Positions 26,025-40,189 of a stretch of 64,000 nt of DNA are shown piece by piece. Origin of the DNA: Squalus acanthias (taxonomy: Eukaryota); assembly GCA_030390025.1 (NCBI GenBank), contig CM059430.1, positions 61,814,001-61,878,000 of the forward strand. The letters are read 5' to 3'. Below the pieces are notes generated by a model. That model was not told the origin of the DNA and did not search any database. It was given only the letters and a program-made list of their open reading frames with translations. Position 1 is the stretch's first letter. Each line of letters begins with the position of its first letter. A program made the translations under genes and the position numbers.

Positions 26025-27756
26025 TTACATCTTCACCAAAGAGAACTCAAATGAGTTCCCAGCAATGCTAGGGAACCAATGGCCTAGAGTGAAGGAGAAA
26101 TTAACGGAAATTAGTAATAGTAAAAAAAATAGTGATGTAGAAATTAATGGGACTGAAAGCCGCTAAATCCCCAGGGCCTGATAATCTGCATCCCAGAGTA
26201 CTAAAAGAGGTAGCCATGGAAATGGTGGATGCATTGGTTGTCATCTTTCAAAATTCTATAGATTATGGAACAGTTCCTGCAGATTGGAGTGTCGCAAATG
26301 TAGCCCCACTATTTCAAAAAAGGAGGGAGAGAGAAAACAGGGAACTACAGACCGGTTAGCCTAACATCAGTCGTAGGGAAGATGCTGGAGTCTATTATAA
26401 AGGATGTGATAACAGGACACTTGGAAAATAACAACGGGATTAGACAATGTCTACATAGATTTATGAAAGGGAAATCGTGTTTGACAAACCTACTGCAGTT
26501 TTTTGAGGATGCAACTGGTAGAGTAGATAAGGGAGAACTAGTGGATGTGGTATATCTGGTTTTTCGGAAGATCTTTGATAAAGTCCCACATAAGAGGTTA
26601 GTGTGCAGAATTAAAGCACGTGGGATTGGGAGTAATATACTGGCATGGATTGAAAATTGGTTAACGGACAGGAAACAGAGAGCAGGAATAATTGGGTCTT
26701 TTTTGGGGTGGCAGGCGGTGACTAGTGGGGTACCACAGGGAGCAGGCTTGGGCCCCAGCTATTTACCATATATATCAATTATTTGAATGAGTGAACCAAT
26801 TGTAATATTTCCAAGTTTGCTGACGACACGAAACTAGTTGGGACTGTGAGTTGTGAGGAGGATGCAAAGAGGCTTCAAACCGATTTAGACAAGTTGAGTG
26901 AATGGGCGAATACATGCCAGATGCCGTATAACATGGATAAATGTAAAGTTATCCACTTCGGTAGGAAAAACAGAAAGGCAGTGTGTTATTTAAATCGTGA
27001 TTGATTGGGAAATGTTGATGTACAGAGGGAACTGGGTGTTCTTATACATCAGTCACTGAACGGAAAAATGCCGGTGCAACAAGCAATTGGGAAGGCAAAT
27101 GGTGTGTTGGCATTCATTGCAAGAGGATTTGAATACTAGGAGCAAGGATATCTTACTACAGTTATACAGGGCCTTGGTGAGACAACACCTGGCGTACAAT
27201 TTGCAGTTTTGGTCTCCTTACCTATGAAAGGATATACATGCCATGGAGGGGGTGCAGCGAAGGTTCACCAGATTGATTCCTGTGATGGCAGGACTGTCGT
27301 ATGAGGAGAGATTGGGACGACTAGGCCTGTATTCACTAGAGTTTAGAAGAATGAGAGGGGATCTCTTTGAAACGTGTAAAATTCTGACAGGGCTAAACAG
27401 ACTGGATGCAAGGAGGATGATTACCCTGGTTGAGGGCTTTAGAACGAGGGGTCACAGTCTCAGGATACGGGATAGGACATTTAGAACTGAGATGAGGAGA
27501 AATTTCTTCACTCAGAGGGTGGTGAACCTGTGGAATTCTTTACCAGAAAAGGTTGTGGAGGCCAAGTCACTGAATATATTTAAGAAGGAGGTAGATAGAT
27601 GTCTCGACAGAGAAGGCATCAAGGGGTATGGGGAGTGAGCGGGAATATGGTATTGAGATAGAGGATCAGCCATGATAATATTGGATGGTGGAACAGGCTC
27701 GAAGGTCCGAATGGCATACTCCTGCAACTACTTTTCTTTGTTTCTATGTTTCTATG
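26025..27756 (+). mobile_element. CR1 LINE nested in ORF1 of the full-length CR1
   Basis: RT motifs and tttctatg tail. Confidence 0.9.
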
Positions 27757-29529
27757 TAGTCGCCCTTGACAAAAATGTCAACAAGCTTCCACATATTGCA
27801 GCAGAAACACATCTCCTGTTCTTCCATTATTTTATTTATTTAATTAAGTAGTTTAGTGTTAATAAAATTCTTTACCTCGTTTAGTTTATTAAATTAAATA
27901 AATTAAGTTTAGTTTTGAAAATGTAGTTATATGCTATATGTTAACTTAAAACTTAGCCCACAGACACTACCAATCACTTACCTGCCTTACCTGTGACGTC
28001 ACACTTCTGTTTTCTCTTATTGTTGCAGGTCTGCTGCTGGTTTTATCCCCGCTCTCGGGCCTTGGTATGCTCCAGCTCAGGTCCGCTGTTGCTCTGCGTG
28101 AGAATTTAGGATAAGCAAGGCAATGCAGCACCACTTGCCCCACTTCACTGAACTCCCACACTTATCAAACTCCCAATTTGTTCACTCTGTGCCCGCTGCA
28201 ATCAGTGCCGGTTGCACTCACAGGACCCTGTATCTATACTGTTTGTAACTCAGGTGACGCAGCACTGCTCTGCTATTGGTTCATGAACTAATTTAACCTA
28301 GCTAGCTAAGTAACTAAGTACAGCAGCTCTCCAGTAGGAGAGATTACTTGTTTGTCTCTACTTAAGCCTGAAAGAAACATAAAAATTAAAAGTTAAAAAT
28401 TTATCTTAAACAGTTGATCTTACTTAAGATCTACTGGCAATTAACACTAGATTTTTAAAAAGATTAACCCTTAAAAGAGATTAACCCTTAAAACTTACCA
28501 AACTCCAAGTTGTTCACTCTGTGTATTACGTTAAGATTGATTTATCTGGAACATAACTATGGAGGTACTTCCAGATAAGTCGTCTGCTCACAGCTACCTG
28601 CATTCAACAGTTCAACATCAAAACAAAGGTAGAATAGAAGACAACAGTTAGTGTACAAGTATTCCCTTTTCCAACATTATCGGAATAAGGTTCAGGTTCT
28701 CCATTCGGAACATGTTGCTTGTGATTATGTTCATATATACATACACAGGTATTTATTTATTTATATATTAAATACGAAAAACATGCAGAGCAGGTTATGT
28801 AGAGATGACAGAAGCGATCTGTCAATAGTGACAGAGGTAATGAGGTCAGACTGGATGGAGACTTGTGTGAAGACTTGCAGCATGGTGAATCTGTTGTGGA
28901 AATGCAGTGAGGAAGAGCTTGTGGCTGAGGGAAGATATAACTGTAAGGTGAGAGCTTTTACTGTACATTTGAAGCTGTCAGCTCAACAGCTGATTCAATG
29001 GCGAGTGAACCCCCGCCTCAGCTTGACAGACGTGGTCCCCGTAGACGAGCACGTAAAATCAAAATGTGAGCTTAAATGTATTCTTAATGATCTCTAAACA
29101 AAGTCATAATGACCTGAATTGGGTCCCCCGCCGCTGCATGTCGGGTCTGCTCAGCGCTGACAGACAATTCACAGGGGAAAGGCATGGGGCGGTGGGTTCA
29201 CAGCCGGGTTCCGACCCGCTGGGAAAAAAAAACACTTTCCCACCCGACCCCCGCTGATCGTGCCCGCTGACCCCCAGAAAATCTCGGCCTCACTGTCGAT
29301 TTTCCTTGTCGCAGAAACTCAAAATCTACCCCAGTGTCATATTGGGGTAGAAATATGTCTTGTGCGTTCGGCCAAAATGGGCGATAGTGAACTGACATTC
29401 TGTTTTACACTCCACCCGATTATTTTTTTGTTGAAGTAAATGATGTGGAAAATCGGCAGCCAGTTCGCTGTTGCGTGTTTTCCCACTACCGCACAAGATG
29501 AATTGATACCCATTAGCGTTTGAACTGCA

Positions 29530-31155
29530 GCATTCACGGGATGTGTGGGTTTCTGGCAAGGCCAGCATTTATTGCCCATTCCTAAGCTACCTTGAGAAAG
29601 TGGTGGTTAGCTGCCATTTTGAACCACTGCAGTCCATGTGGTGAAGGTACTCCCACAGTGCTGGTCGGTGTGTAGTTCCAGGATTTTGATTCAGCCACAA
29701 TGAAGGAGTGACGATATATTTGCAAGTCAGGATGGTGTGTGAATTGGAGGGAAAATTGGAGGTCATGGTATTCCCCTGCGCTTGCTGCCCTTGTCCTTCT
29801 AGGTTGCAGGATTTGAGGATTTGGGATGTGCTGTCGAAGAAGCATTGGCAGTGCATCTGGTAGATGAAACAAACTGCAGCCACGGTGCGCTGCCAGTGGA
29901 GGTTGTGAATGTTTAACGTGGTGGATGGGGTGCCTATCAAGCGGGCTGATTGGTCCTGGATGGTGTTGAGCTTATTGAGTGTTGTTGGAGCCGCACCTAT
30001 CCAGGCAAGTGAAGAGTATTCCATCAGACTCCTGACTTGTGCCTTGTAGCTGGTGGAAAATCTTTGGGGAGTCAGGAAGTGCGTCACTCGCCACAGAATA
30101 CACAGCCTCTGACCTGCTCTTGTAGCCACAGTATTTATGTGGCTGGTTCAGTTACGTTTCTGGTCATTGGTGACCCCCAGGATGTTGAATGACAGGAATT
30201 CGACGATGGTAATGCCGTTGAATGTCAAGGGGAGGTGGATAGACTCTTTCTGTTTGGAAATGGTCAATGCCTGCAACGTTTGTGGTCAAATGTTACTTGC
30301 CACTCACCAGCCCAAGTCTGAATGCTGTCTAAGTCTTGCTGCATGAGGGCAAAGACGGCTTCATTATCTGAGGAGTTGCGAATCGAACTAAACACTGTGC
30401 AATCATCAGCGAACATCCCACTTCTGACCTTGTGGCGGAGGGAAGCTCATTAATGAAGTAGCTGAAGACTGGTTGGGCGTAGGCCACTACCCTGCAGTAC
30501 TCCTGCAGCGATGTCCTGGGGCTGAGATGAATGATCTCCAACAACAACAAATTATTTCTTTGTGCTAGATATGACTCCAGCCAATGTACAACATTTTCCC
30601 CTTATTCCCATTGACTTCAATTTTACTAGGGCTGCTTGATGCCACACTCGGTCAAATTCTCCCTTGATGTCAAGGGCAGTCTCTCTCACATCACCTCTGA
30701 ATTCAGCTCTTTTGTCCATATTTGTACAAAGGCTGTAATGTGGCCTGGAGCCAAGTGGTCCTCGTGGAAGCCAAACTGAACATCGGTGAGCAGGTTATTG
30801 GTGAGAAAGTGCCGCTTGATAGCACTGTCAACGACACCTTCCATCACTTTGATGGACTTTGAAGTCCCCTACTGAGAGTACAGTTGTGCCCTTAATGCAC
30901 TCAGTGCTTCTTCAAAGTGGTGTTCAACGTGGCACTGATTCATTAGTTTCGGGATGGCAGTAAGTGGTAATCAGCAGAGGTTTCCTTGCCCACGTTTGAC
31001 CTGATGCCATGAGACTTCATGGGGTCCGGAGTCAATGTTGAGAACTTCCATGGCCAATCTCACCCAACTGTATAGCACTGTGCCGCCACCTATGGTGGGT
31101 GTGTCTTGCGGGTGGGACAGGACATACCCAGGAATGGTGATACAGGAGTCCGAGG
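29530..31155 (-). mobile_element. Second-family LINE, degenerate, internally deleted
   Basis: Reads YKAQVRSLMEYSSLAW; homologous to 19808-21120. Confidence 0.85.
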
Positions 31156-33549
31156 CATAAAAATATAACTTCTCTGCTCCTTGCAATCAATGGAGCGGAG
31201 GTGCAAAATTTCACAATATTTGCTTTCAGCCTATGCCCGAAACACAAGCATGAAACGTTTGTTCTTTTGTTTATATACCAACTTACAAGCCATGAAATTC
31301 CACAGCGATTGCCCCAGTTTTTCAGCCATTTGCTCTGTTTCTCTGAAAATGTTTGCAGTCTATTGCCGAAGTTATGGCAGATCACGCTCACTGAATGTAA
31401 TGGCATACTTTAATAAGAGTAAGATATTGGTTGTGGAAACCACAGTCAGAGTGTTGCTAATCACTCGGTCTGTCTCTCGCAGGCGTTGCCTAAGCAGTTC
31501 ACAACAGAGAACAGCATCTCTTAATAAAGGTTATCACTTTCATTTGAGAATTCAACATCCAATTTATTTCAAAGAATTTGTAAAAAGCAAAGCAATTTTC
31601 AAACTATCAGGACTGAAGGGAAATACCCTCTACTCTTCAATTCCTTTTGATGCACAGGCAGTATGTAGGGAAATTCTGCAACTTATGCAAGTTCAGAATG
31701 CAAAAATTGCACGCTGTAAACTTTTGCAAGCCACACAAACTCATAATGCACAAATGTAGTTGAACGTCCCCTCCAACTGCTGTGAGATAAACAAATATCC
31801 AGTTGAATTCTAAGCTTATAAGACAGGTTGAGACCTTGAAATAAAAACTTTAAGAAGCTTTTAAAGACACAAATGTCAACTGAGTGGGTAAATATAAACA
31901 TTAGCAACATTATGTTATTACCGTTTCCCACATTACAACAGTGACTACACTTCAAAAGTACCTCATTGACTGTAAAGCGCTTTGAGACGTCCGGTGGTCG
32001 TGAAAGGCGCTATATAAATTCAAGTATTTCTTTCTTTCATTTGTCCTGCTAACGGATACAGAGTTAACATGAACATGTATGAAAAAGTTCGCGTTTTCCT
32101 ATATAATTGTTTTGCTGATTGAAAATTCATAAATTATAGAAAAAGTACTAACTATTACTGCATTCTACAATACAATGCTAAAATATACGCCGTGTCAGAT
32201 GGGTGGTAATCTTGGGCCAATTTTTGCTCTCAGTGGCGAACGAACGGTGCCAGCAGGTCATTGCCCCTGCACACAGACTTTCTATGGGATTTTTCACTGT
32301 AACTTACTGTGAGTTAGAAAGCCAAAACAGTGCGGCACCCTCTATTGCTCACCTGGGACCTGTGTGAACAGGACAAGCAAATGTGTATCTCCTTAACCAA
32401 TCAGATTGAAGATTCGTTAATGAGCAGCACAGAGTCTGAACCAGGAAGAGTCAGAGAGAATATTTAATTCAATGTCAAATCAGCTGCAGAAAGCTAAATA
32501 AAGAGAGGCAAATAGAGATATGATTAAGAGAGAGAGGTAAAAGACAAAGTAAAGACAAATATTTTTAATTTTTATTTAAATCTACAACAGTAATTACAAT
32601 GTGTTGGATTGACATTTCATAATTGTAAAAAAATATTTTCAGAACAAGAAAAGTTGTTTGGCAGTAATTAAGACTGGTCACGCCCTTACAAATGTACTTT
32701 CACAGGAATGAACAAGCCCAAACTTTTCTGGCGAGTTTAGTGGGTATATATCACGGAACAACACCAACTTCACGCCGGTGCATGTGTATCAATGTCCAGT
32801 ATCAGCGAGATACCGGTATCGCGCAGCTTTTGGAGGAGTAAGGCAAATTGGACAGCAGCTTCCTGATTTATGCGTTCAACTGCGCACGTGTGGTCGCCGG
32901 AAGTTGGTGTCCAATTTATACTTTAATAATGGTTAGGGCTATTAGCCTCACCTTTAGTTCTAATCCGACCTGTTTCTGTGACACATTCACACTGCGTTTG
33001 AGCAGAATTCCTGGCCATTCTGTCTTCGCAACAGATGCTCACAAGATAATTGCTGATGAAAAAGGCTATTCAATTCATGAAAGATCCGCCATTCCCCACA
33101 TTACAGCATTAAATGTGTGCTTAAATGATTCCAAAGAGATTTCAGCTCCACCACTCTGTCGGATGTTCATTGCAAGAATTGAGCACTCTTGATGTGATGG
33201 GCGTCCTCATATCAGTGGTAATTTTACTCATGGTCCTTTGATCAACTGTGACATTTAATTTAAAGCAACTTTCTCGATGTACCTCTTCCATACGTTTAAC
33301 TTACTCATATATCTTTATAAGAATGGTCTGTATTTTGAGGCCCCTACAGGTGAGTACGACGTACGCGCAAGTTTCGTGTTATCACGCGCTAAGCAGTTCA
33401 TCAGCTTCTGAAGGGCAATTAGGAATGGGCAATAAATGCTGGCGTTGCCAGCGACGCCCACATACCATGATCGAATAAAACAAAACATTCGGTGTTATGT
33501 TAGAGCTTCCATGAACTTCTTGACAGAGCCTAAGCATCCCTGGGAAAAG

Positions 33550-34060
33550 GATATCCGCAGGTGGAGATTTGGGCTATTTGACTAACTTCTGACCAGCGAA
33601 TGCTCATGACATTCTTACGCCTGGTAAAAGCAGGTGTATGTCCTGCTATTACCAACTTAAGAGTTTAAAGGAATATAAAACATATTTAAAAAAATATATT
33701 TAAACACTAAGACACCTGTAAAATAAGCTAAGTTTATTTTTAGCTCCTTTAAAACATTTAAATTTAATTTCATAAAATTAAATTTTTGTTTTAACTGTTT
33801 AATTAAATGGCTTATGTAAATGTATTCTCCATAAGCATAATGGGAGTTCCCCTTTGTCACTGGTTGGGCTGGCCCATGTGATCCCAGGGACACTTGGGAC
33901 CCGCATGCGCCCCTGGGATTTGTGGGCCTTTATACAGGTGTATGCCTGCAGGCCCAGGAACCTGAGTCTTTGACGGGCCGGAGGCACCAGGTAGGTGTAG
34001 TCTTTACTTGCGGTTTGGAGGCATTCGCTCTCAGGGAGCCTCCGACCACAATTTCCAGCC
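33550..34060 (-). mobile_element. MITE family member, truncated
   Basis: Shares ttcttacgcctggtaaaa, the AT core and ggcccatgtgatcccag with 45306-46011. Confidence 0.65.
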
Positions 34061-34357
34061 CAACATGCGCACATTCGTACAATATAATTACGAGCGTATT
34101 TTAAAGTGTAATATTAGCTACTGTAGTTTTTGTGAGCCTTAAATTTTGAATTAATTATCATGAATCAGTAAACACTTATTAATAATTATTAATTTCGTAA
34201 CTTAATGATTCACTTTTTGCTTTTGTAACACTTTTTAATAATTTAGTTCCATTCCCCAAGAAAGAAAATGTTGATCTACTTAATGACTGTTTATTCATAT
34301 TTGAACTTTCATCCAACACTGGTTTTGAAAACATGGAAGCTCTAACATAACACACAG

Positions 34358-34628
34358 GTTTTTTTTAGTCGATCCTGGGATGGGTGTGTCGCTGGCAAGG
34401 CCAGCATTTATTGTCCATTCCTAATTGACCTTCAGAAGTTGATGGTTTGCCACCTTCTTGAACTGCTGCAGTCCATGTGGTGAAGGTATTCCCATGGTAC
34501 TGTTAGGAAGGGAGTTCCAGGGTTTTGACCCAGCGGCGATGAAGGAACAGCGATATATTTCCAAGTCAGGATGGTGTGTAACTTGGAGGGGAACTTGCAG
34601 GTGATGGTGTTCCCATGCGCCTTCTGCA
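34358..34628 (-). mobile_element. Second-family LINE 3' end
   Basis: Matches 19810-20075. Confidence 0.8.
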
Positions 34629-37029
34629 GCAGGCCTATGGGAACAACACCTGCAAGTTGAGAACAATGTTTCAGCAAACTGTCCGGTCTTACTGGAGAAC
34701 CCGTTTTCAACTGGTAAAATCTCTTCTCTCCTCAATCGGAAAATTATTGATATCTCAACCTAGATTCATTTGAACCTCCAGCAGAAAACTGGCCCTAATT
34801 CGGCACAATTGTGAATCGAGCTGTTGTGGGGAATATAAAAGTTGTTCAGGTATGTCCTGGCCCCACAAAAAGCAGGGCAAATCCAACCCGACCAATTGCT
34901 TCCCTATCAACCTACTCTCAATCATCACCAAAGTGACGGAGAGAGTCATCAACAGTGCTCTCATGTGGCACTTACTCACCAATAACCTGTGCAATGAAGG
35001 TCTAGGGTGGTAGATAGGGCTTTAAACGAATCTAGAGGGGTGGGAGGATTCAAGAAAGGGTAAATTCAAAAGCAGTAGTGATTTAGGTAAAATCTATCAG
35101 AATGGGTGATAAGAACATAAGAAATAGGAGCAGGAGCAGGCCATTTGGCCCTCCGTGCCTGCTCTGCCATTCGGTAAGATCATGGCTGATCTTTTACCTC
35201 ATCTCCACTTTCCTGAACTATCCCCATATCCCTTGAATCCGTTAATATTCAAAAATCTATCGCTCTCTGTCTTGAATATACTCAACGACTGAGTCTCCAC
35301 AGTCCTCTGGGGTAGAGAATTCCAAAGATTCAACACCCTCTGAGTGAAGAAATTTCTGTTCATCTCAGTCCTGAATGGGCGACCCCTTATCTTTAGGCTG
35401 TGGGCCCTGGTTATAGACTCCCCAGCTAAGGAAAGCATTCCCCAGCATCCATCCTACCAAGCCCTGTAATAATTTTGTATGCTTCAATTAGATTCCCTCT
35501 CATTCTTCTGAATTCTCCTGAATTCAAGATAATACAGGCCTAGTTTACTCAATCTCTTCTCATACTAGATTCTAGACTCCCCAGCCAGAGGAAACATCCT
35601 CCCTGCAGGAAGAGAAAGAGAGCTTAACACAGGTAATAGGGCATCATTGACTAAGGTGACATCAGATAAAAATAAGACAAAATGTTAAAGCTAAAGACAC
35701 TCTATCTGAATTGGCAAAAAAAGGATGAATTATTTGCAAAGATAGAAATAAATGGGTTTGGTATAATAGCCATTACAGAGACGTGCTTGCAGAGTGAATA
35801 AGGTTGGGAACTACATATTCTAGGATACTTGACTTTTAGAAGAGATAGGCAGAATGGAAAAAGAGTTGGGGGCGGGTTTAACCCTGATAATAAAGGCTGG
35901 GACAAAGACAGTAAAGAGAAAGGATCTCAGCTTGGAAAATGAAGATGTAAAATTACTTTGGGTGGAGCTAAGAAACAAGAAGGGGCAGAAAACATTAGTG
36001 GGATTTGTTTATACGCCCCCAACAGCATTTTTAGTGTCAGCACAGTATAAATCAGGGAAATGGACGTGCATGTAACAAGGATAATACAGTAATCATGGGG
36101 GACTTTAATTTCCATATAGACTTGGCAATCCGAACTTGCAGTAATAGTGCAGAGGACGAGTTCATGGAATGCATTCAAGATAGTTTTCTATATCAGTATG
36201 TCGAGGAACCAACTAGGACACAGGCTATTTTGGATCTAGTATTGTGCAATGAGACGGGGTCAATTAATAACCTTGTACTAAAGGAGCCTCTGAGGAGCAG
36301 TAATCATAATATGATCCACTTTTATGTTGAGATTGAGAGTGATTTAGTTAAGTTTGAAACTAGGGTCTTAAATATGAACAAAGCAAACTACGTAGGTATA
36401 AGAGGTGAGTTGGCTAAGATAGGCTGGGAAACTAGATTAAATATATGATGGTAGATAAGCAATGGCAAACAATTAAAGAAATAATTCATAATTCACAACA
36501 AACATACATTCCCTTAAGGAATAAAAACCCCACGTGAAAATGGTCCAATTGTGGCTAACAAGAGAAATTAAAGACAGTATTAGATTAAAGGTAGAGGCAT
36601 ATAATATTGCATAAAAGATTAGCAAGTCTGAGGATTGGAAGTATTTATAGAGTTCAGCAAAGGAGGACCAAGAAATTGATAAAGATAATGGAATATGAGA
36701 GTAAACTAGCAAGAGACATAAATACAGATTGTATAAACTTCTATAGGTATGTAAAAAGGAAGAGATTATCAAAAGTTAACGTAGGTCCCTTACAGGCAGA
36801 GACAGGATAAATTATAATGGGGAATAAGGAAATATCAGAGACATTAAACAAATACTTATATATGTCTTTAATGAAGAAGACACAAAAAACATTCTGGTAA
36901 TAATGGAGAACCAAGGGTCTAATAAGAATGAGAAACTTACTGAAGTTAGTATTAGTAAAGAAATAGTACTGGAGAAATTAATGGGACTAATAGCCAACAA
37001 ATCCCCTGGATCTGATTATCTACATTCTA

Positions 37030-37579
37030 GGCAGCAAAATTCGGCAGTTTAGTGCCTCCCATTAGTGCCTGGCGGGGGCGCTAATGGGGCGCTAATGGGG
37101 CGCTAAGGGTTTAACGCCCAGCTGCGGTGAATCCAACGCTGCACCATGACCTGCTGCGGCGGCACATATTAAAGCGCAGGTGCCGGGAGGCCATTTTTGT
37201 TAGATCATCTGCCAGCACCTACCCCCTTTTGCTTCCTCATGCGGGGTGCCGGCCGCAATCGGTCAGCCAGGCACTGCTCTTGCATGCCGGGCTGTTTTCC
37301 CGGCACCCCGCACCCCAGTGGTCCTTTAATCAGGGGAGGGTGGCCTGTAATAACGCAGTGCTATGTGCTGAAGTGCATGGTTCTGTTGCACGTAGCCCCA
37401 TGATATTGAATGGTAGCACCCCAGGAAGGAGGGGTAGTGCTTCTAGTAGCGCCCCGCCTCCTGCTTGGGGGGGCTAACAGTCAATTTACGGCACAGGGGT
37501 GCTAACTTTTTTGGGGCACAAAAAAGAACCACCCAGGCGAAGTTACTGCCCCAAAGGAGGCGCAGCCGAATTTTTCCCC
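37030..37579. mobile_element. Non-autonomous Harbinger derivative
   Basis: TIRs aaaattcggc and gccgaatttt. The left subterminal (cccattagtgcctggcgggggcgctaa) matches the reverse complement of the autonomous element end at 41810-41860. Confidence 0.7.
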
Positions 37580-38129
37580 GAAGAAGTCTTACTGCAATTA
37601 TATAGAGTCTTGGTGAGGCCACACCTGAAGTACTCTGTACAGTTTTGGTGTCCTTACCTAAGGAAAGATATAATTGCCTTTGAGGGAGTGCAACAAAGGA
37701 TCACTAGACTGATTCCTGGGTCGAGGTTTGTCTTATGAAGAGAGATTGAGGAGACTAGGCCCAAAATAACTAGGGGTAGAAATTCATTGTAGCACAGGAA
37801 TGGGCACTAACTGCTGAAACGTTTGAGATTAAGCGCCAGGGACTAATGAAACTCGCTGCATGCTAAATTAAGTGTTAGCGCTCAAAGAGAGGACTGGAAT
37901 GCTAGCTCAAGCGTTAATGACCTAGCTCAGTGGCATTAGACTCAATGCGCTAAGCAATTGCAGGTGCAGTCTAATCGCTAGTCATCATTGACACAGGCTC
38001 TTTCCAGTTCAATCATGCTGCAAAACCTCATTCTCAGCATTGCTAGTTCTGCAGCTTTCTCAGCAAGCTTTCTCAGCCAGCAGCAGGAAGGCGTAGGAGA
38101 CCGAATTGGACCACTGAAAGAGGTGTCAT

Positions 38130-40031
38130 TATAGCAGATCAACGGTCCAGAGAGAGAGCTCGCAGATTCTGAGACCAAGCATTGGAGGCCTTGATCCTTG
38201 TTGTGGAGAGACACAGGGCAGTGCTGTACCCGGCAAGTGGCAGGAGGCCTTCACCGCCAGTCTTCAGTGCCATGTGGAGGGAGATTAACCAGCAGGTCTC
38301 GGGCAGCACTGTGGTCCCCAGGACCCAAACACAGTGCAGGGAAAATTTAACGACCTCACTCGGGTGGTCAGGGTGAGTCAATGCTTCAACAAATACTACA
38401 TACCACCATCTGAACCTCAGTCTGCACACACTGCCCAAAGCACTACAAAGCCAGCACTCACACTCCAACCATCTCCACCTCCCAACACTCACACCTGCAT
38501 CTTACACCTTGCACATAATGACAGCTACTCAACTATGGCAGGCACATCTCCCAAACAAATTTCTCCACACTCACTCACACACTTTCCTTTCTCTTGCAGG
38601 CCAAGTTGACTCACAACAGGAGAGAGCAGGAGTGCACAGGCGGGAGACAACCTGACACCCAACCACTTTCTGAGCTGGTGGAAAGAGAGCTCAAATCATC
38701 AGGTGCCAGGTGGTGGACGCCGTGGCCACCGGCGATGTTGACCCCCTTTGAGACAACAACGGTATGTTTATCCCTGCTCTTACTTCTCACATCCCACTTC
38801 CCACTCACACCACAAGCCTTTCCTACTTTACAGCTAATCATGCTGTATGCATGCCTTTCTCCATTCTGACCCCTCCTCTCACGTTAACCCGACTCTTGTG
38901 CCTTTATGCTTTCAGAGAATGAGCAAGCAGCTGAGCAGCCTGTCCCTGAGTGTACCATAGAGACCGAGGCGGAAGAAGAGGAGGACAAAGAACAAACTGC
39001 TTCACTGCATGTCTCACCCGCAGGCTCCCGCTCAGATACTGCCACTATGTATTCTTTAGCGGATAGCATAGTAGCAGGATCTGCACTGGGTGAGGCACCG
39101 GGGAGGAGCAGGTTGCAGCAAGGCCAGGGGAAAAGGTTAGCTCGGGAGTCAGCTCCTCAGGAGGTGAGTTCGCGCATGAGTTCTGCTGCACAAGACTTAG
39201 ATGAGGACCTCGATGGGGAGGCCTTTAGAAGAAGGGTGAATGGCATGCACATGAAGCTGATAGGTGCAATGGCAAGGGTGCCTGAGAGCTTCTTGGCAAA
39301 GGTGAGGAGCGTGGAGGAGTCTGACTCCAACATTGCACAAAGCTCTGCACACACCATGGAGCTCATCATTTACAGTCTGCAAAGCATGGTGGACTCCCAG
39401 AGAGACCGTGGCGACCCAGACCTCATGCTGCGTGTGATGGGCGTTGTCGCAGCATCCATTGCAGCACAGGCGGAAGCCATGCAATGTCTTAGTGCGGTAA
39501 TGCAGTCTATGCTTGGTGCCATCGATTCTCAGACTTATCTCATGCAGTCTCAGCTTGATGGCACGCAAGCTCTGACTGCTGCGATCATGGCTGGATCAAC
39601 CACTGTCTAATGGGGCTTTCACGGTGTCGCAGCAGGCCAGCAATCTGTGCTCCATCAGATTGGCAGTGATGCTGAGGTGCTGCCCGGGGGAGTGGCAGGG
39701 GGCCAGTGGAGCAGGAAGCTGCTTTCTGCTCTCAGGATGACAACATTCCTGCACCCACCACTGCCACTCGCCATTGCCCTTGTCATTGCCTGTTATCCAG
39801 CCATCCCGGACTGTTGCCGCCCATGCTGAGGTGATGCAGTATACAGCCAGGCCTTCCAGGTCCAGAGCCGCTGGAGGGCGTCCTGCAAGGCCAGCTGAAG
39901 TCTCCCACATGGATACTCAGCAGCCTTCCATCCGCCATGCTGCAGCCACTAAGCCAACACTTCATAGAAGCACTAGAGTTGGCAAAGGCACTGTAACGAG
40001 GGGCACTAAGGGATTGCACAAGGTTGAATAA
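38130..40031 (+). pseudogene. Harbinger 1 Myb/SANT-like DNA-binding gene, 3 exons (~38130-38372, 38600-38761, 38916-~40031)
   Basis: Reads RERARRF...LEALI..VE...LYP...WREI...RT.TQCR, then AKLTHNRREQ.CTGG; canonical GT-AG introns; contains stops and frameshifts. Confidence 0.8.
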
Positions 40032-40189
40032 CTAATATTATTGTTGTAAATATGTGTTTACTGATTATTGATAAATTTATTAATTGGCTTTGGATGATTT
40101 TGTGGCGTCTCTCATTTCAGTTTTGCGCTGTGATATGGCCTGTGACTGGAATGGAATGATGGGGATGTGGTGAGCAACGGGGATCTGGG

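Larger units (their letters stand above)
18033..28525 (-). mobile_element. Full-length CR1 LINE (5'UTR, ORF1 Zn-finger/coiled-coil/SGNH esterase, ORF2 EN-RT) broken by three nested LINEs
   Basis: Segments 18033-19808, 21121-22095, 24780-26024 and 27757-28525 join collinearly. ORF1 ATG at 27827 (MEEQEMCFCCNMW...KCLRLEE); VVGNS and VHLGTND esterase blocks; EN GDFN and SDH motifs; RT FADD. Confidence 0.85.

Noticed and set aside
24780-27756. Head-to-head CR1 pieces as a twin-priming 5' inversion
   Set aside because: The minus piece continues on both sides (22095 and 27757), so these are nested independent insertions.
31181-31759. 192-aa ORF
   Set aside because: No recognisable motif, non-ATG start, no support in any frame.
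38906-39610. Longest ORF (234 aa) as a host gene
   Set aside because: It is exon 3 of the Harbinger Myb-like gene, with a paralog at ~52250-52850.
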